A stretch of 64,000 nt of DNA, from NCBI GenBank assembly GCA_963818475.1, contig CAWFSF010000006.1, positions 1,280,001-1,344,000 of the forward strand, in the 5' to 3' direction. This document shows, piece after piece, positions 42,897-53,692 of this stretch (positions within the stretch are counted from its first letter, which is position 1; each line of letters opens with the position of its first letter). The translations under genes and the position numbers were made by a program. This DNA is from Nitrospirota bacterium. GTDB taxonomy: Bacteria > Nitrospirota > UBA9217. The notes beneath the pieces were generated by a model. It was given only the letters and a program-made list of their open reading frames with translations. It had not been told where the DNA came from and did not search any database.

Positions 42897-42912
42897 TATG
42901 ATTTTTGTCATA
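42897..42912. promoter_or_regulatory. Putative Crp/Fnr-type operator
   Basis: TATGA-N6-TCATA centred about 40 bp upstream of the start site predicted from the extended -10 TGaTATACT (42872-80, minus strand). Confidence 0.5.
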
Positions 42913-43079
42913 TGAGCTAGGTCAGGGTCTTCTTCACCACGGAGACACAGAGACACGGAGGAAACAGATTCTTTTGACACTGAAAAAACGTGATTGTTTA
43001 TGATTCCGGTGCAAATCATATAAAATCAGTGGAAATCAGTGTCAAAAAAAGAGGTTATGTATTGACCATGAGGTGACCG

Positions 43080-43769
43080 ATGATCGCGATCAAACAGGCA
43101 ACGAAGACCTATCATCAGGGCATGAAAGAGATCCATGCGCTCCGGAATATTTCCCTGAGCATCGCCAAAGGAGAGTTCCTGAGCATCATGGGGCCTTCGG
43201 GGTCCGGCAAGAGCACGCTCCTGAACCTCATCGGCGGGCTCGACCAGCCTACGTCAGGCGAAATATTCATTGATAACATCCCGCTCCACGGCATCTCCGA
43301 CGACGAACTGACGATCATCCGCAGACGCCGCATCGGCTTTATCTTCCAGTTCTTCAACCTCCTGCCGATCCTGACCGCAGCGGAAAATGTTGGCCTGCCA
43401 CTGTTGCTCGAAGGTATCCCCTTCTCCAAAGTTAAACCGCAGGCCGAAGCGCTCCTGCAGAAGGTCGGACTGGCCGCGCGCACTGAGCATCGGCCGGAGC
43501 AGCTCTCGGGCGGCGAGATGCAGCGGGTGGCCATAGCACGCGCGCTGATCGCGAACCCTGCCGTGCTCCTGGCCGACGAACCTACCGGCAACCTTGACTC
43601 TCATACCAGCGAAGAGATCTTCCGTTTGCTCACGGGGCTGCATGCCGAAGGCCAGACCATCGTGATGGTGACCCATGACCGGTCAGCCGCCGGCCACGGG
43701 ACGAGGCTCATTACCCTGAAGGACGGCTCGCTCGCCGAAGACACGGCAACAGGAGTGCAGCTCCCATGA
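43080..43769 (+). CDS. ABC transporter ATP-binding protein (LolD/MacB-like)
   Basis: GPSGSGKS, LSGGEMQRVAIARAL, LADEPTGNLD. Confidence 0.95.
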   Translation: MIAIKQATKTYHQGMKEIHALRNISLSIAKGEFLSIMGPSGSGKSTLLNLIGGLDQPTSGEIFIDNIPLHGISDDELTIIRRRRIGFIFQFFNLLPILTAAENVGLPLLLEGIPFSKVKPQAEALLQKVGLAARTEHRPEQLSGGEMQRVAIARALIANPAVLLADEPTGNLDSHTSEEIFRLLTGLHAEGQTIVMVTHDRSAAGHGTRLITLKDGSLAEDTATGVQLP

Positions 43770-46360
43770 ACTTCTTCAACCTGCTCAAGCACATCAGCCT
43801 GAAGCGTGTCCGGCTCCAGAAGGTCCAGACGCTCATGACCGTGGCAGGAATCTGCCTCGGCGTGGCCGCCATCGTCTCCATCGGCATTGTGAACAAGAGC
43901 GTGATGCATTCCTTTGAGGACTCGATCAACCGCGTCACCGGCAGGGCAGCTCTCCAGGTCACGGGCGCTGCGTCCGGTTTTCCCGAAGAGCTCATCGACC
44001 GGGTGCAGAAGGTCGCCGGCGTGGAGTATGCCGTGCCGGTGATCGATACCCAGGGCATCCTCGTCAAAGGCAAAGAACGAACGCTCATGATCCTGGGCGT
44101 GGACGTGCTGCAGGACAGCAATATCAGGGACTACAAGCTCGCTGATGACAACGCAGACATCCCGGACCCGCTCCTGTTCCTGGCAAGGCCGGACTCCATC
44201 CTGCTCACCAGGGAAATGGCGGACCGCGAAGGCATCACGATCGACCAGACGATCCAGATCCAGACCGTGCAGGGCATCCGGACCTTTCGCGTCCGGGGCC
44301 TCCTGAACCCTGAAGGTCCGGCGAAGATCCATGGCCGGCAATATTGCGATCATGGACTACCCTGCTGCCCAGATGGCCTTTGGCAAGGAAGGCAGGATCG
44401 ACCGGATCGACGTGAGCCTGCTGCGCGGAGAGGACCTGGAAACCGTCACGCGGCCGCATCAAACAAGCGCTGCCTGAAGGCTACACCGTCGTAACACCGG
44501 AAGGCAGGACCAAACAGGTCGAGGTGCTTATCTCCCACTTCCAGAAGAACATCAATCTCATCAGTTTTGTCGCCGTGTTCGTCGGCATGTACCTGATCTA
44601 TAATGCCGTCTCCATCTCCGTTGTGCAGCGCAAAAAAGAGATCGGCATCCTGCGCGCCCTGGGCACGACCCGGGGCCAGATCATAGCGCTCTTTCTGGGA
44701 GAGACCGTTGTCATGGCCGTGATCGGCTCCTTGCTCGGCCTGGCAACCGGCATCCTCTTTGCGAAATCTGCTTTGGGAGCCGTCGGACAAACAGTATCGG
44801 AGCTGTATCTGCGGACGTCGGTCACTGAACTATCCATATCCTGGACCGGCCTTGCCATGGGTTTTGTCGATCGGCATCGTTGCCAGCCTCGCTGCAGCAT
44901 TGTTCCCTGCCCTGGCAAGCACGCGCATCTCACCGGTATCCGCCATACGCTCTTTGCCCTATTCCGAAGAAGGGCTTCTTTCCAGCAAGAGGCTGCAGAT
45001 CGCAGCAGCGTCCTTCGTTATCCTCGCCGCCCTGCTGCTGGCGCTGTACAGGTCCTTTGGCGAGAACCCTGTGCTGCACAATACCGCGATCATGTTCTTT
45101 GCAACGATCTTTCTCCTGCTCGGCATTTCCCTGGCAACGCCTGCGGTGCTGACGCTGTTTCTCGCCGTCTTCAGAAAGACCATCGCGCCTCATGTCGGGG
45201 CTGTGGGAAGGCTTGCCGGCCTGAACCTGCAAAAGAACATCACCAGAAACGCCGTTGCAGCAGCAGCCATCTTCTACGGCATCGCCGTGTTCGTCAGTTC
45301 TTCCGGCATCATCTACAGCACCAAGCAGTCCGTGCTCGAATGGATCGATTCCTACGTGCGCGGGGACATTCTCGTGACCTCGGGCCATCCCATCGCGACC
45401 ACCGGCTCGCAGAACATCCCCATGCCGGTCGAGATGTGGAAGGACATCGAGAAGGTGCCCGGCGTCTTGTCGGCCGATCCTTTCCGGAAGATCTACATCG
45501 ATTATCGCGGAAGGCGCATCCTGCTGCTGACGCTGGACATCGATCGAAGGATGCTGTACAGCCCGTTCAAAGTGGTCCAGGGAACACGCGAGGACATGGT
45601 GCGTCTTCTCCCGAACCAGGACTACATTGCCGTCAACGAATCGCTTGCGTCACAGGAACACCTCAAACCCGGAGATACGATGGTCCTCCCAACGCCTGAA
45701 GGCCCGGTCGCCTTCACCGTCGCGGTCGTGAATGTGGATTACAGTTCCGATTCCGGCTCGCTCCTCATGGACATGCATACATACCGCAAATACTGGAAAG
45801 AATATCTCGCGGATTCGTTCTCTATTCGCGTGAAATCGAAGGACAATGTCGAATCAGTTCGCGATGAGATCGCCAGACGGTTCGGCAACGACCGGAAGCT
45901 CTTCGTCCTTCCTGCCAAAGAGTTCAAGGAAGAAATCCGGAAGGTCATCGACCAGGGCTTTGCCGTGAACCATGCCATCAACATCATCACCATGACCATC
46001 GCCTGTTTCGGCATCATTGTGACCCTGCTGGCCAGCGTGCTCGAACGCACGCGCGAGATCGGCGTCCTGCGTTCCATCGGCATGCTCAGGAGCCAGGTGT
46101 CCGGCGTGGTCGTGATCGAATCCATGCTGCTCGGCGTGATCGGCGGCATGCTCGGCGCTGGGGCCGGGATCATCATCGGATGGATGAGCCTGGAAGGGTT
46201 CCTTAAAGGAGATTACGGCGCAAGCATGCAGTACCACGTGCACTGGGTCTCGATCTTCTGGGCCATCGTGCTTTCTGCGTTGCTTGCTGCATTGGCAGGC
46301 GTGTACCCGGCGCAGCGGGCGGCGAAAACGAATATTGTGGAGGCGCTGGCGTATGAATAG
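43766..46360 (+). CDS. FtsX-like ABC permease, two-repeat type (frameshifted)
   Basis: QRKKEIGILRALG and ERTREIGVLRSIG FtsX motifs; ~860 aa once merged. Confidence 0.9.
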
Positions 46361-46557
46361 GTTCAATTGCGGATTTCGGATTGCGGAATGCGGATTTTTG
46401 AATCTAAGATAAAGGTGTCATTGCGATGAGTGATTTTTACGGAGCGGCAATATCAATGCACTTTCGCTAAAGCTGGGATGCCTGGCTGCTTTCGGGGTGG
46501 CCTGCTCGTTGCTGAAGATATGATGATTCTGTGTAAAAGAACGTGCTGCCGGATTTC

Positions 46558-47022
46558 CTACCTTGTCCACGTCGTGGTTCTGCCGAAGAGGGGGATGCCG
46601 ACGTACCCCCTCAGATCCAGCCGATCCGGTGAGGTGAGCGTCAGTTTGCCGCGGTAGGTGTTGCCGCTCTTCGGGTCGTACACGGTCCCACCCTTCCAGA
46701 CATTTTCGCCAACGTATTGGAAATCCTTCACGATCTGAAGATCCTGAATGGGCGTGGACCGCTTAGCAGGGTCGGGGTTGTGGTGATCGACTCTCCGCGT
46801 GCCCGGCGTCCCTTCTTTGGATCCAGCTGGATAGTTCGGCTCTTTCATGGAGACGATCTTCCCGCAGTATCTCCCGTTGCACGAGTATATCTCGATTTTG
46901 GCGTCTCTTTCCTCGTTATTCCACACGCCCAGGATCTGGTCACCTTGAGCCGAATAGGCAGACGCAGCAGAAAACAGAATGCAGGACCAGAGCAACATGA
47001 AACCCTTTCTCCTCAAGTTCAT
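46558..47022 (-). CDS. DUF2147 secreted protein
   Basis: ILGVW..AKIEI..YCGKIV..NPDP..VYDPKSGNTY..LRGYVGIPLFGRTTTWTR. Confidence 0.92.
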   Translation of the reverse strand: MNLRRKGFMLLWSCILFSAASAYSAQGDQILGVWNNEERDAKIEIYSCNGRYCGKIVSMKEPNYPAGSKEGTPGTRRVDHHNPDPAKRSTPIQDLQIVKDFQYVGENVWKGGTVYDPKSGNTYRGKLTLTSPDRLDLRGYVGIPLFGRTTTWTR

Positions 47023-47049
47023 AGTAAGTATCTCCCCGGTAATTTCCCA

Positions 47050-48123
47050 TTAGTATTTCCTGAGCAAATATGCATGGGCCGAAAGTCCTGCTCCAAAAGC
47101 AACCATGATGCACCACTCTCCCCGCGCCACAACACCTCGCTTCTCGATCTCCTGCAGCACGAACCAGACGGTGGGCGATGACATGTTGCCGTACTCGGAA
47201 AGGACGGAGCGTGTCGCATGGACCTGCTCCTCCGACAGCCCGAGCTCGTCCCGGACGGCATTGATGATCTTTTCGCCGCCGCTGTGAAGTGCCCAGTGTT
47301 TTATATCTGCAGCTTCCAGCGAACGGGGAGCGAGAACATCGGCAACGACCTGCGCCGCCGCCTTGCGCACCAAGTCCGGCAGTTTGAGCGAGAGCTGGTT
47401 ATAGAGCTGCCCGTTCTTGTGAACGTAGCGGATCGACTCGCGCTGCTCCGGCACATACCGCCTTGCCGAGGCGACAAGCTCGTATCCCTGCGGTCTCATC
47501 CAGAGCACGGCGGCTGCGGCGCCGTCCCCGAAAAGCGTGTTTGAAAGCAGGAGACTGAGATCGTCCTCCATCTGGAACGTGGCCGTGCAGATCTCGACGG
47601 AAACGCTCACGATGACCCCTTTTTCCGTCTGGCTCATGAGCGAGCCGGAGATCTCGAGGTTGGGGATCGCCCCTCCGCACCCGCTGCCGACCAGGTCGTA
47701 CACGCGTACGCTGCGTGACAGGCCGAGCTTCTCGATCAGATAGGTGGAAATGCCGGGGCAGATATATCCCGTGCAGGTGTTCACTACCAGGCCGGTAACG
47801 TCGGCCGTACCCAATCCTGCCTGCGCCAGCGCCCTCTCGATGGCCAGGGCCGAAAGTTCCCGGGACCAGTGCGTAAAGCGCTCGATGCGCGCGTCGAGGT
47901 CCTCATCGACGAGGTCCTCCACATCGTCGATCGCGAAGCTCCTCTGTTTGATGCTCGGATGGGCAAAGAGCGCATGGATGACCGACAGGCTCCTCGGGCT
48001 CAGTCTTTTTTCATAATGCTTGCGGGCCAGCCGACCCAGCTCCGCCTGGTCGAGCGGGTGAGGAGGCACTGCAGTTGCCACAGAAGCGATATGCGGTCCT
48101 GCAGAAGCCGGTTCTTCCTTCAT
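47050..48123 (-). CDS. Type III polyketide synthase
   Basis: Cys-His-Asn triad (GSGCGG, HSGG, YGNMSS), LFGDGAAA, AFGAG. Confidence 0.95.
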   Translation of the reverse strand: MKEEPASAGPHIASVATAVPPHPLDQAELGRLARKHYEKRLSPRSLSVIHALFAHPSIKQRSFAIDDVEDLVDEDLDARIERFTHWSRELSALAIERALAQAGLGTADVTGLVVNTCTGYICPGISTYLIEKLGLSRSVRVYDLVGSGCGGAIPNLEISGSLMSQTEKGVIVSVSVEICTATFQMEDDLSLLLSNTLFGDGAAAAVLWMRPQGYELVASARRYVPEQRESIRYVHKNGQLYNQLSLKLPDLVRKAAAQVVADVLAPRSLEAADIKHWALHSGGEKIINAVRDELGLSEEQVHATRSVLSEYGNMSSPTVWFVLQEIEKRGVVARGEWCIMVAFGAGLSAHAYLLRKY

Positions 48124-48148
48124 AGATGTTCCTTTCCCAAAGCGCGCA

Positions 48149-48237
48149 CCCTCTCCTTCAGAGGGCTGGGTGAGGATGGGTTTCTGATGATTTCCGTATG
48201 ACCCATCCCCACCTTAATCCTCCCCCTGAAGGGAAGG
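48149..48237. repeat. Inverted pair of REP-like elements
   Basis: CCCTCTCCTTCAGAGGG..GGGTGAGGATGGG and CCCATCCCCACCTTAATCCTCCCCCTGAAGGGAAGG. Confidence 0.7.
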
Positions 48238-48278
48238 AAATGTAACTTTTCCCTATACTATTTGATAATAGTGCGTCC

Positions 48279-49703
48279 TCACACCTGCATCCCGATCGAC
48301 CGCAGCCCTCCTCGGATAAAGCGTGTGTAACGCCAGAGCGGCGGCTTGAGCCCCAGCCGATGCCCCAGGCGGCTAATGTGAGGCAGATAAGGAAAGGACA
48401 TAGAGTCAGCGTTCATGAAGTTCATATGACTGCTCATGGAGCGTCGGACCTCACCCATGATCCAGTCCGGTTCTACTTCCGGAGATACATAGAAGAACGG
48501 CGCCAGCATGCTGCAGGGGGGCACAGAGAGAACGCCTTGCCTGCGGGCAATCTCCTCCAGCACGGTCCCTGGATAGATGCGGATGCCGATGTTGAACAAT
48601 GCAGCATCCCGCGGCGTGATGAACTTTTCAGCAAAGCGAAGAGTTTCCCGAACCGTGTCCCGTGTTTCTCCCGGCCCGCCGAGCAGGAATATCCAGAGGC
48701 AGGGCAACCGGCCCTGTTTCACCACTTCTGCCGCAGTATGGACCTCTCTCGTCGTGAACCCTTTTCGCAGCCCCGCGAGGACCGGATCTGATGCGCTTTC
48801 CACGGTAAGCCCCATCCCCACAAAGCCTGCACGCTCCATGGTCGTGAGCAGACGATGGTCCAGGGAAAGCGGGCTCATCTCGATGCTCTGCAGGCGCGCA
48901 CCATGCTTTGACCGGATAAGCGACTCGCATATCGTCAGGGCATGATCATAGGGAGCGTTGAACACGTTATCGACGAACTCGATGTCGCGAGATCCCGATG
49001 ATGCATAACGGAGCACGACATCGGCTACGTCATCAGGTTCAGATAAGCGGTACCCGACGCCTTCTATTTTGCGGTACGTGCAGTAGACACACTGAAAGCT
49101 GCATCCTCGTTTCGTCTGGAGCGGGACCGTGGCCAGATGGGAATTATAGGCCCTCATATCGAGCCATCGATCATAATCAGGCGCTGCACAAGGATGCGGG
49201 CAGCCGGATTCGGCGGGGTTTACCCGAAAGTCTTCACCGACCAGGGATGCAACGCCGGGAAGATCTTCCCCTGAACCGTTCAGGGCAAGTTTTTCGACAA
49301 GCCGGGGAAATACGGTTTCACCATCTGCAACCACGGCGCTGGTCACGCCCGTTGCGCGCATGATCTCCTCAGGCATGATCATGACCGCCGTGCCCCCCAG
49401 GACAAGGTGCGCGTCCGACATCCGGCGGATCGTTCCAACGAGAGCGATGAGGTCGCCTATAAAATACCGGGGGGCCCCCATATCGATGTTATCGATGTTC
49501 CGTACCGAAAGCCCGATGACATCGTACTGCACTCTTTCGAGCGCAGTCTTGACCGCACGCAGGGGGTCAGCGAGAAACATGAGGTCGAGGAAGGTGACCC
49601 CCTGTCCTGCCCGTTCCGCCGCCTCCGCGATCATGCAGGCGCCGGCGGGAAGCACCGGCACGGGAAAACCGGTTCTATTCGTGCTGATGATAAGGATGTT
49701 CAT
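48279..49703 (-). CDS. Cobalamin-binding radical SAM enzyme (lipid-biosynthesis-associated type)
   Basis: B12-binding N-terminus (ILIISTN..PVLP..GLSVRNIDN), CSFQCVYC, FVDNVFN, GGPGET. Confidence 0.88.
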   Translation of the reverse strand: MNILIISTNRTGFPVPVLPAGACMIAEAAERAGQGVTFLDLMFLADPLRAVKTALERVQYDVIGLSVRNIDNIDMGAPRYFIGDLIALVGTIRRMSDAHLVLGGTAVMIMPEEIMRATGVTSAVVADGETVFPRLVEKLALNGSGEDLPGVASLVGEDFRVNPAESGCPHPCAAPDYDRWLDMRAYNSHLATVPLQTKRGCSFQCVYCTYRKIEGVGYRLSEPDDVADVVLRYASSGSRDIEFVDNVFNAPYDHALTICESLIRSKHGARLQSIEMSPLSLDHRLLTTMERAGFVGMGLTVESASDPVLAGLRKGFTTREVHTAAEVVKQGRLPCLWIFLLGGPGETRDTVRETLRFAEKFITPRDAALFNIGIRIYPGTVLEEIARRQGVLSVPPCSMLAPFFYVSPEVEPDWIMGEVRRSMSSHMNFMNADSMSFPYLPHISRLGHRLGLKPPLWRYTRFIRGGLRSIGMQV

Positions 49704-49748
49704 GGGGCGAAGGACCGCGTCGCCTCCGGCCTGAGCGCTCTCATGATC

Positions 49749-50978
49749 TTACTCATGTTTTCTCACGATGAGCACGGCATTCGTTCCACCGAATGCAAAG
49801 GAGTTTGACATGACCGCTTTAAGGTCCGCATTCGTTCTGGCCTTCAGGGGAACATAGTCGAGATCGCATTCGGGGTCCGGCACGGTCAGTGTTGCGGTGG
49901 GCGGGATCGTCTGGTGTTTGAGAGCGAGGACTGAGGCAACAAGCTCCACTGCTCCGGCGGCGCCCAGGAGGTGTCCGTGCATGGACTTGGTCGAGCTCAC
50001 CGGGATATCGTAGGCGCGCTGACCGAATACTTTTTTGATCGCCAGCGTTTCCGCCAGATCATTTGCTTGCGTGGCAGTGCCATGGGCGTTGATGTAATCG
50101 ATCCGGCCGGGGCTCATGCCCGCTTCTTTCAGGGCGGCCTCGATCGCGAACGCTTGTCCTTCCACGGAGGGTTTCGTGATATGCTCTGCGTCCGCGGTCG
50201 AGCCGTACCCGGCCAGTTCTCCGTAGATGCGGGCGCCCCGCCTCGTTGCCCTGTCCAGGGATTCCAGCACGAGAACGGCCGCTCCCTCGCCGAGCACGAA
50301 ACCGGTCCTGTCTTTTGAAAAAGGCCTGCACGAGGTCGAGGGGTCCTCCGCTTCCAGAGCAAGTGTCCCGATCGATTCCCAGCTCATTAAGACGCCGCTG
50401 GTAAGAAGCGACTCCGTGCCGCCCGCAAGCATGACATCGGCGTAGCCGTGCTTGATCGACCGGAACGCCTCGCCGATGGCGACTGCTGAAGATGAGCACG
50501 CGGTGGAAAAGGTGAGGCAGGGGCCCTTCAGGCCGTGCTCGATCGAAACGCACGAAGCAGCGGCATTGTTCATCACCATGACCACGGTAAGCGGATGCAG
50601 CCGCTTCGCCTGATGGCGAAAAAGCTGTTCATAGGAGTCCTCAAGGGTCCGCGCTCCCCCCATGCCCGTTCCGAGATAGACGCCGCTCCGTCGCTGTTCC
50701 TCCTCGGAAAGTTCCATCCCGGCGTCCTTCCATGCTTGAGAAGCGGCGACCAGGGCGAACTGGCTCACCCGGTCCAGGGTACGAGCGGTCTTTTTTGTAA
50801 AATGGTCTTCAGCCGGAAAGTCCGCCTTGGCCGCGATCCGTATGGACAATCGGGCGTCGAAATCGGCGGAGAGCTTCCTGATCCCCGATCTCCCGGCCGC
50901 GAGGTTGGCCATAAAATCTTCACAGGTATTCCCCATCGGGGATATAATGCCCATTCCGGTAATGGCTACTCGTCTCAT
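49749..50978 (-). CDS. fabF: Beta-ketoacyl-ACP synthase II family
   Basis: STACSSS, INAHGTAT, KSMHGHLLGAAG, SNSFAFGGTN. Confidence 0.92.
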   Translation of the reverse strand: MRRVAITGMGIISPMGNTCEDFMANLAAGRSGIRKLSADFDARLSIRIAAKADFPAEDHFTKKTARTLDRVSQFALVAASQAWKDAGMELSEEEQRRSGVYLGTGMGGARTLEDSYEQLFRHQAKRLHPLTVVMVMNNAAASCVSIEHGLKGPCLTFSTACSSSAVAIGEAFRSIKHGYADVMLAGGTESLLTSGVLMSWESIGTLALEAEDPSTSCRPFSKDRTGFVLGEGAAVLVLESLDRATRRGARIYGELAGYGSTADAEHITKPSVEGQAFAIEAALKEAGMSPGRIDYINAHGTATQANDLAETLAIKKVFGQRAYDIPVSSTKSMHGHLLGAAGAVELVASVLALKHQTIPPTATLTVPDPECDLDYVPLKARTNADLKAVMSNSFAFGGTNAVLIVRKHE

Positions 50979-50999
50979 GAAGGACTCCTGTCCATTCTG

Positions 51000-51239
51000 T
51001 TACTGGCGCTGCTCCCGGGCCAGCCGCTCGATGACATTGATCATATCCTGAATGGAATTGAGCGTGACCTCTCTTTCGGGTATCCTGACGTTGAATTCCT
51101 TTTCCAGGGCGAAGAGGAATTCGATCTTATCCAGCGAATCGAGGCCGATGCTCTCGATCGTGGCTTCGGGACGGAGCCGCTCTTCCGGAAAATCGAAATT
51201 CGCAAGGAACAGTTTTTTAATGCGCTCCAACGTGTTCAC
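51000..51239 (-). CDS. Acyl carrier protein
   Basis: IGLDSLD phosphopantetheine site; GTG start after a GAGGAGG RBS. Confidence 0.9.
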   Translation of the reverse strand: MNTLERIKKLFLANFDFPEERLRPEATIESIGLDSLDKIEFLFALEKEFNVRIPEREVTLNSIQDMINVIERLAREQRQ

Positions 51240-51438
51240 TATCGTTCGGCCTCCTCTTTTTATCCTTTGCAGAATATTATTAAGAACCTTGGACACACCC
51301 TGCACTCGCGCATGCACTCGTAAGCGCCGGGCGCAGACAGATACAAGCGGATTGCATTATGAATAATCATGATGCAGTCTTGTGTTATCCGCCGTTGTCA
51401 AAGCCATTAACAGCTTCTTCCGTGTCAAAGATATTCTC

Positions 51439-52662
51439 CTAAATCCCCCACATCTCCCCTGAATACATATCGTCAAAGACCTCTTCATAGAGCGCGAGAA
51501 GCTCCGTTCGATAGGCGCTGTCTACCTGTACCGCCTTCCTGGCGTACGAGGCGCACCAGCCACAGGCGCCGCAGTCGGTCGACCGGCAGTCCCGGTCCCG
51601 AAAGCCTGGTATGAAGCCGGACAGTTCGTTGTTGTTTATGTAAACGGGCTCGCCTTTGAGCGGCTCCAGCATGCCGCGTTTGGCAGCAAGGTCCTTCAGT
51701 TTCATGAGCTTCGACAGCCTGACCATGCGCGGCCTGAACAGATAGCGCCATTTGTTGAACAGGCCCCCGGCCAACGACGCGCCGCCTTTCTCCTTGTACC
51801 CGAATGGCTGTATGAGGTCGAGCAGGTTCCCGTTATAGCGGCCCTCGGTGTATGCCTTGACCCTTTTTACCAGCACCGGCGTAGGAGCGCCCCGCTCCAG
51901 TATCTTAAAGGAATCGTAGCCCAGGTCAAGGTACATGCCCATGTCTTCCGGCCTGATGAACTCGGAGCGGAGGTACTGCGCCGGGTCTTTCAGCTTATCG
52001 TACGAGCATCTCATCACGCACCAGTCCAGCATGAACCCGCGCGAGACGTGGCCCTTCTGCGATGCGTGCGAGAGATTTACCATATGCTGGCCCGAGAGCG
52101 GACAGAAGAGCTGGCAGTTGGCATTCACGATGAGCTGCAGTTCCAGCGTAAGCGTCTTCCGCAGGGCCGCGAGCAGTGCAAAATCGCGGTTGACGCTGAG
52201 CGATTCAAGCGTTATGCAGTCCGCGCCGCCGTCCTCCCAGAACCTGGCCTTGGACACCCCGTCGACCCGGGCGTACACGCCCACCCGCACCTTCAGCCGG
52301 GGATGGCGCTTTTTTATGATCGGCAGGAGGAACGGGAGCGATATCGTTACCGCACTCACGCCGGCTCCTTCGATATACTCCAGCAGCGCTTCGATGTCCC
52401 GCTGCCCTTGCCGGGTGAATTCGCGGTTGTCCATGCACGCGGGGTTCAGGAGGTAGTTGAAGCCGATACCCCTGGATCTGGCATGTGCGACATGGCGCTC
52501 GAACCGTTTTCGCGACAGCGGCGCGAGCGAGAAGGAGGCCCTGCCTCCGCCGACCGCGTCGGAGGAGAGTTTGCCGAAAACCTCCTTGACCGGATACTCA
52601 GAAACGGCGTCAAGGAACGCATCGTCGAAGTTGGACGCTACTGAAAAGCCGAATTTTTTCAT
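51439..52662 (-). CDS. Peptidase U32 family Fe-S protein (putative O2-independent hydroxylase)
   Basis: GGGR, FNYLLNPAC, NANCQLFCP, FIRPED, FKILER; C-terminal CRSTDCGACGWC. Confidence 0.85.
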   Translation of the reverse strand: MKKFGFSVASNFDDAFLDAVSEYPVKEVFGKLSSDAVGGGRASFSLAPLSRKRFERHVAHARSRGIGFNYLLNPACMDNREFTRQGQRDIEALLEYIEGAGVSAVTISLPFLLPIIKKRHPRLKVRVGVYARVDGVSKARFWEDGGADCITLESLSVNRDFALLAALRKTLTLELQLIVNANCQLFCPLSGQHMVNLSHASQKGHVSRGFMLDWCVMRCSYDKLKDPAQYLRSEFIRPEDMGMYLDLGYDSFKILERGAPTPVLVKRVKAYTEGRYNGNLLDLIQPFGYKEKGGASLAGGLFNKWRYLFRPRMVRLSKLMKLKDLAAKRGMLEPLKGEPVYINNNELSGFIPGFRDRDCRSTDCGACGWCASYARKAVQVDSAYRTELLALYEEVFDDMYSGEMWGI

Positions 52663-52663
52663 T

Positions 52664-53386
52664 TCAGCCCTTCCTTCCCGATAGTACCATCAACCAGAAC
52701 GGCTCTCGCACGATCTGACGGCTCGCAAGGCCTGCGCTGCCGGCTAAAACGGCTAATTCGGCAACGGTGTACGATCTGAGCACCGACCTCGGGCCGTCGT
52801 GCCGGGTAAGCCTGTTTCGCGAAAAGATCCTCGCAAGGATGGATATGAGCAGCCACGCCACCCAGCTCCGCCTGAGGTCCATGATGAAATAACCGATCGC
52901 CGCCACCCTGCCGATCTCCTTCAGGAGCCTGACCGTATCTTCCTCTCCGAAGTGGTGCAGGGTCTTGGAGCATAATACAATGTCAAAGCTCCCATCCCCG
53001 TAGGGAAGCGAGAAACCGTCCGCAACAGCAACGGTTATTTCCGGATATGACCGGGCAAGATCAGCCGCCTCACGCACGGCGAGGGGATTGACGTCCACTG
53101 CGGTCACCGCCATGGCGATCCCCCGACGGCGCGCCCATTTCACGATCTCCACGGGAATGTCAGCTGATCCGGTCGCAACATCCAGCACCCTGATGGGCCT
53201 ATCCACGGAAGACACGCTGTCCTGCACAAGAGCTGAAAAGAATTTGAACACTGCATGGTAGTCGCCAAGATAGCGGTTGACCGTCCTTATGTCAGCAAGG
53301 TTTTCGGCATACTCAGACCGGTTGTAGCTCTCGGGGAGATCTATCAGTTCCGGGCTGCGCCTTCTCTCAGGCACTAAAGACATCAT
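52664..53386 (-). CDS. Class I SAM methyltransferase (type III PKS-associated type)
   Basis: ELID..VNRYLG, VLDVATGSAD, LHHF, DLRR, RHDGPRSVLRSYT. Confidence 0.9.
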   Translation of the reverse strand: MMSLVPERRRSPELIDLPESYNRSEYAENLADIRTVNRYLGDYHAVFKFFSALVQDSVSSVDRPIRVLDVATGSADIPVEIVKWARRRGIAMAVTAVDVNPLAVREAADLARSYPEITVAVADGFSLPYGDGSFDIVLCSKTLHHFGEEDTVRLLKEIGRVAAIGYFIMDLRRSWVAWLLISILARIFSRNRLTRHDGPRSVLRSYTVAELAVLAGSAGLASRQIVREPFWLMVLSGRKG

Positions 53387-53692
53387 CTTTGAAAGGTTTT
53401 CCTTTTAGGGTCGGCGTGCTACGGACGCCATGAGCAGAGGAGACCATTTTAGTATAGCACGCGATTGAGTAAAAAGGAGGGCTGATTTCTTTGTGGCGCC
53501 TGGAAGAAGCTCGGTGTTCCGCGGCCGCTAAGGCACCGCTGTCGTTTTCCCAGGTACAAATACACATTGACGCTTCCTAAGACGATATATATACTTTTAC
53601 CTATTACGGGTGAATTTATGCCGGCAGAATAAATCTCGAAGTTTTTTTCCCGCGAGGCGTGCGGCAAAGGTGAATATCGTGGAGGCTCGCGT

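Noticed and set aside
51351-51380. Imperfect palindrome upstream of the ACP gene as operator or riboswitch
   Set aside because: No recognisable aptamer, and the nearby TTGACA hexamers lack properly spaced -10 boxes.
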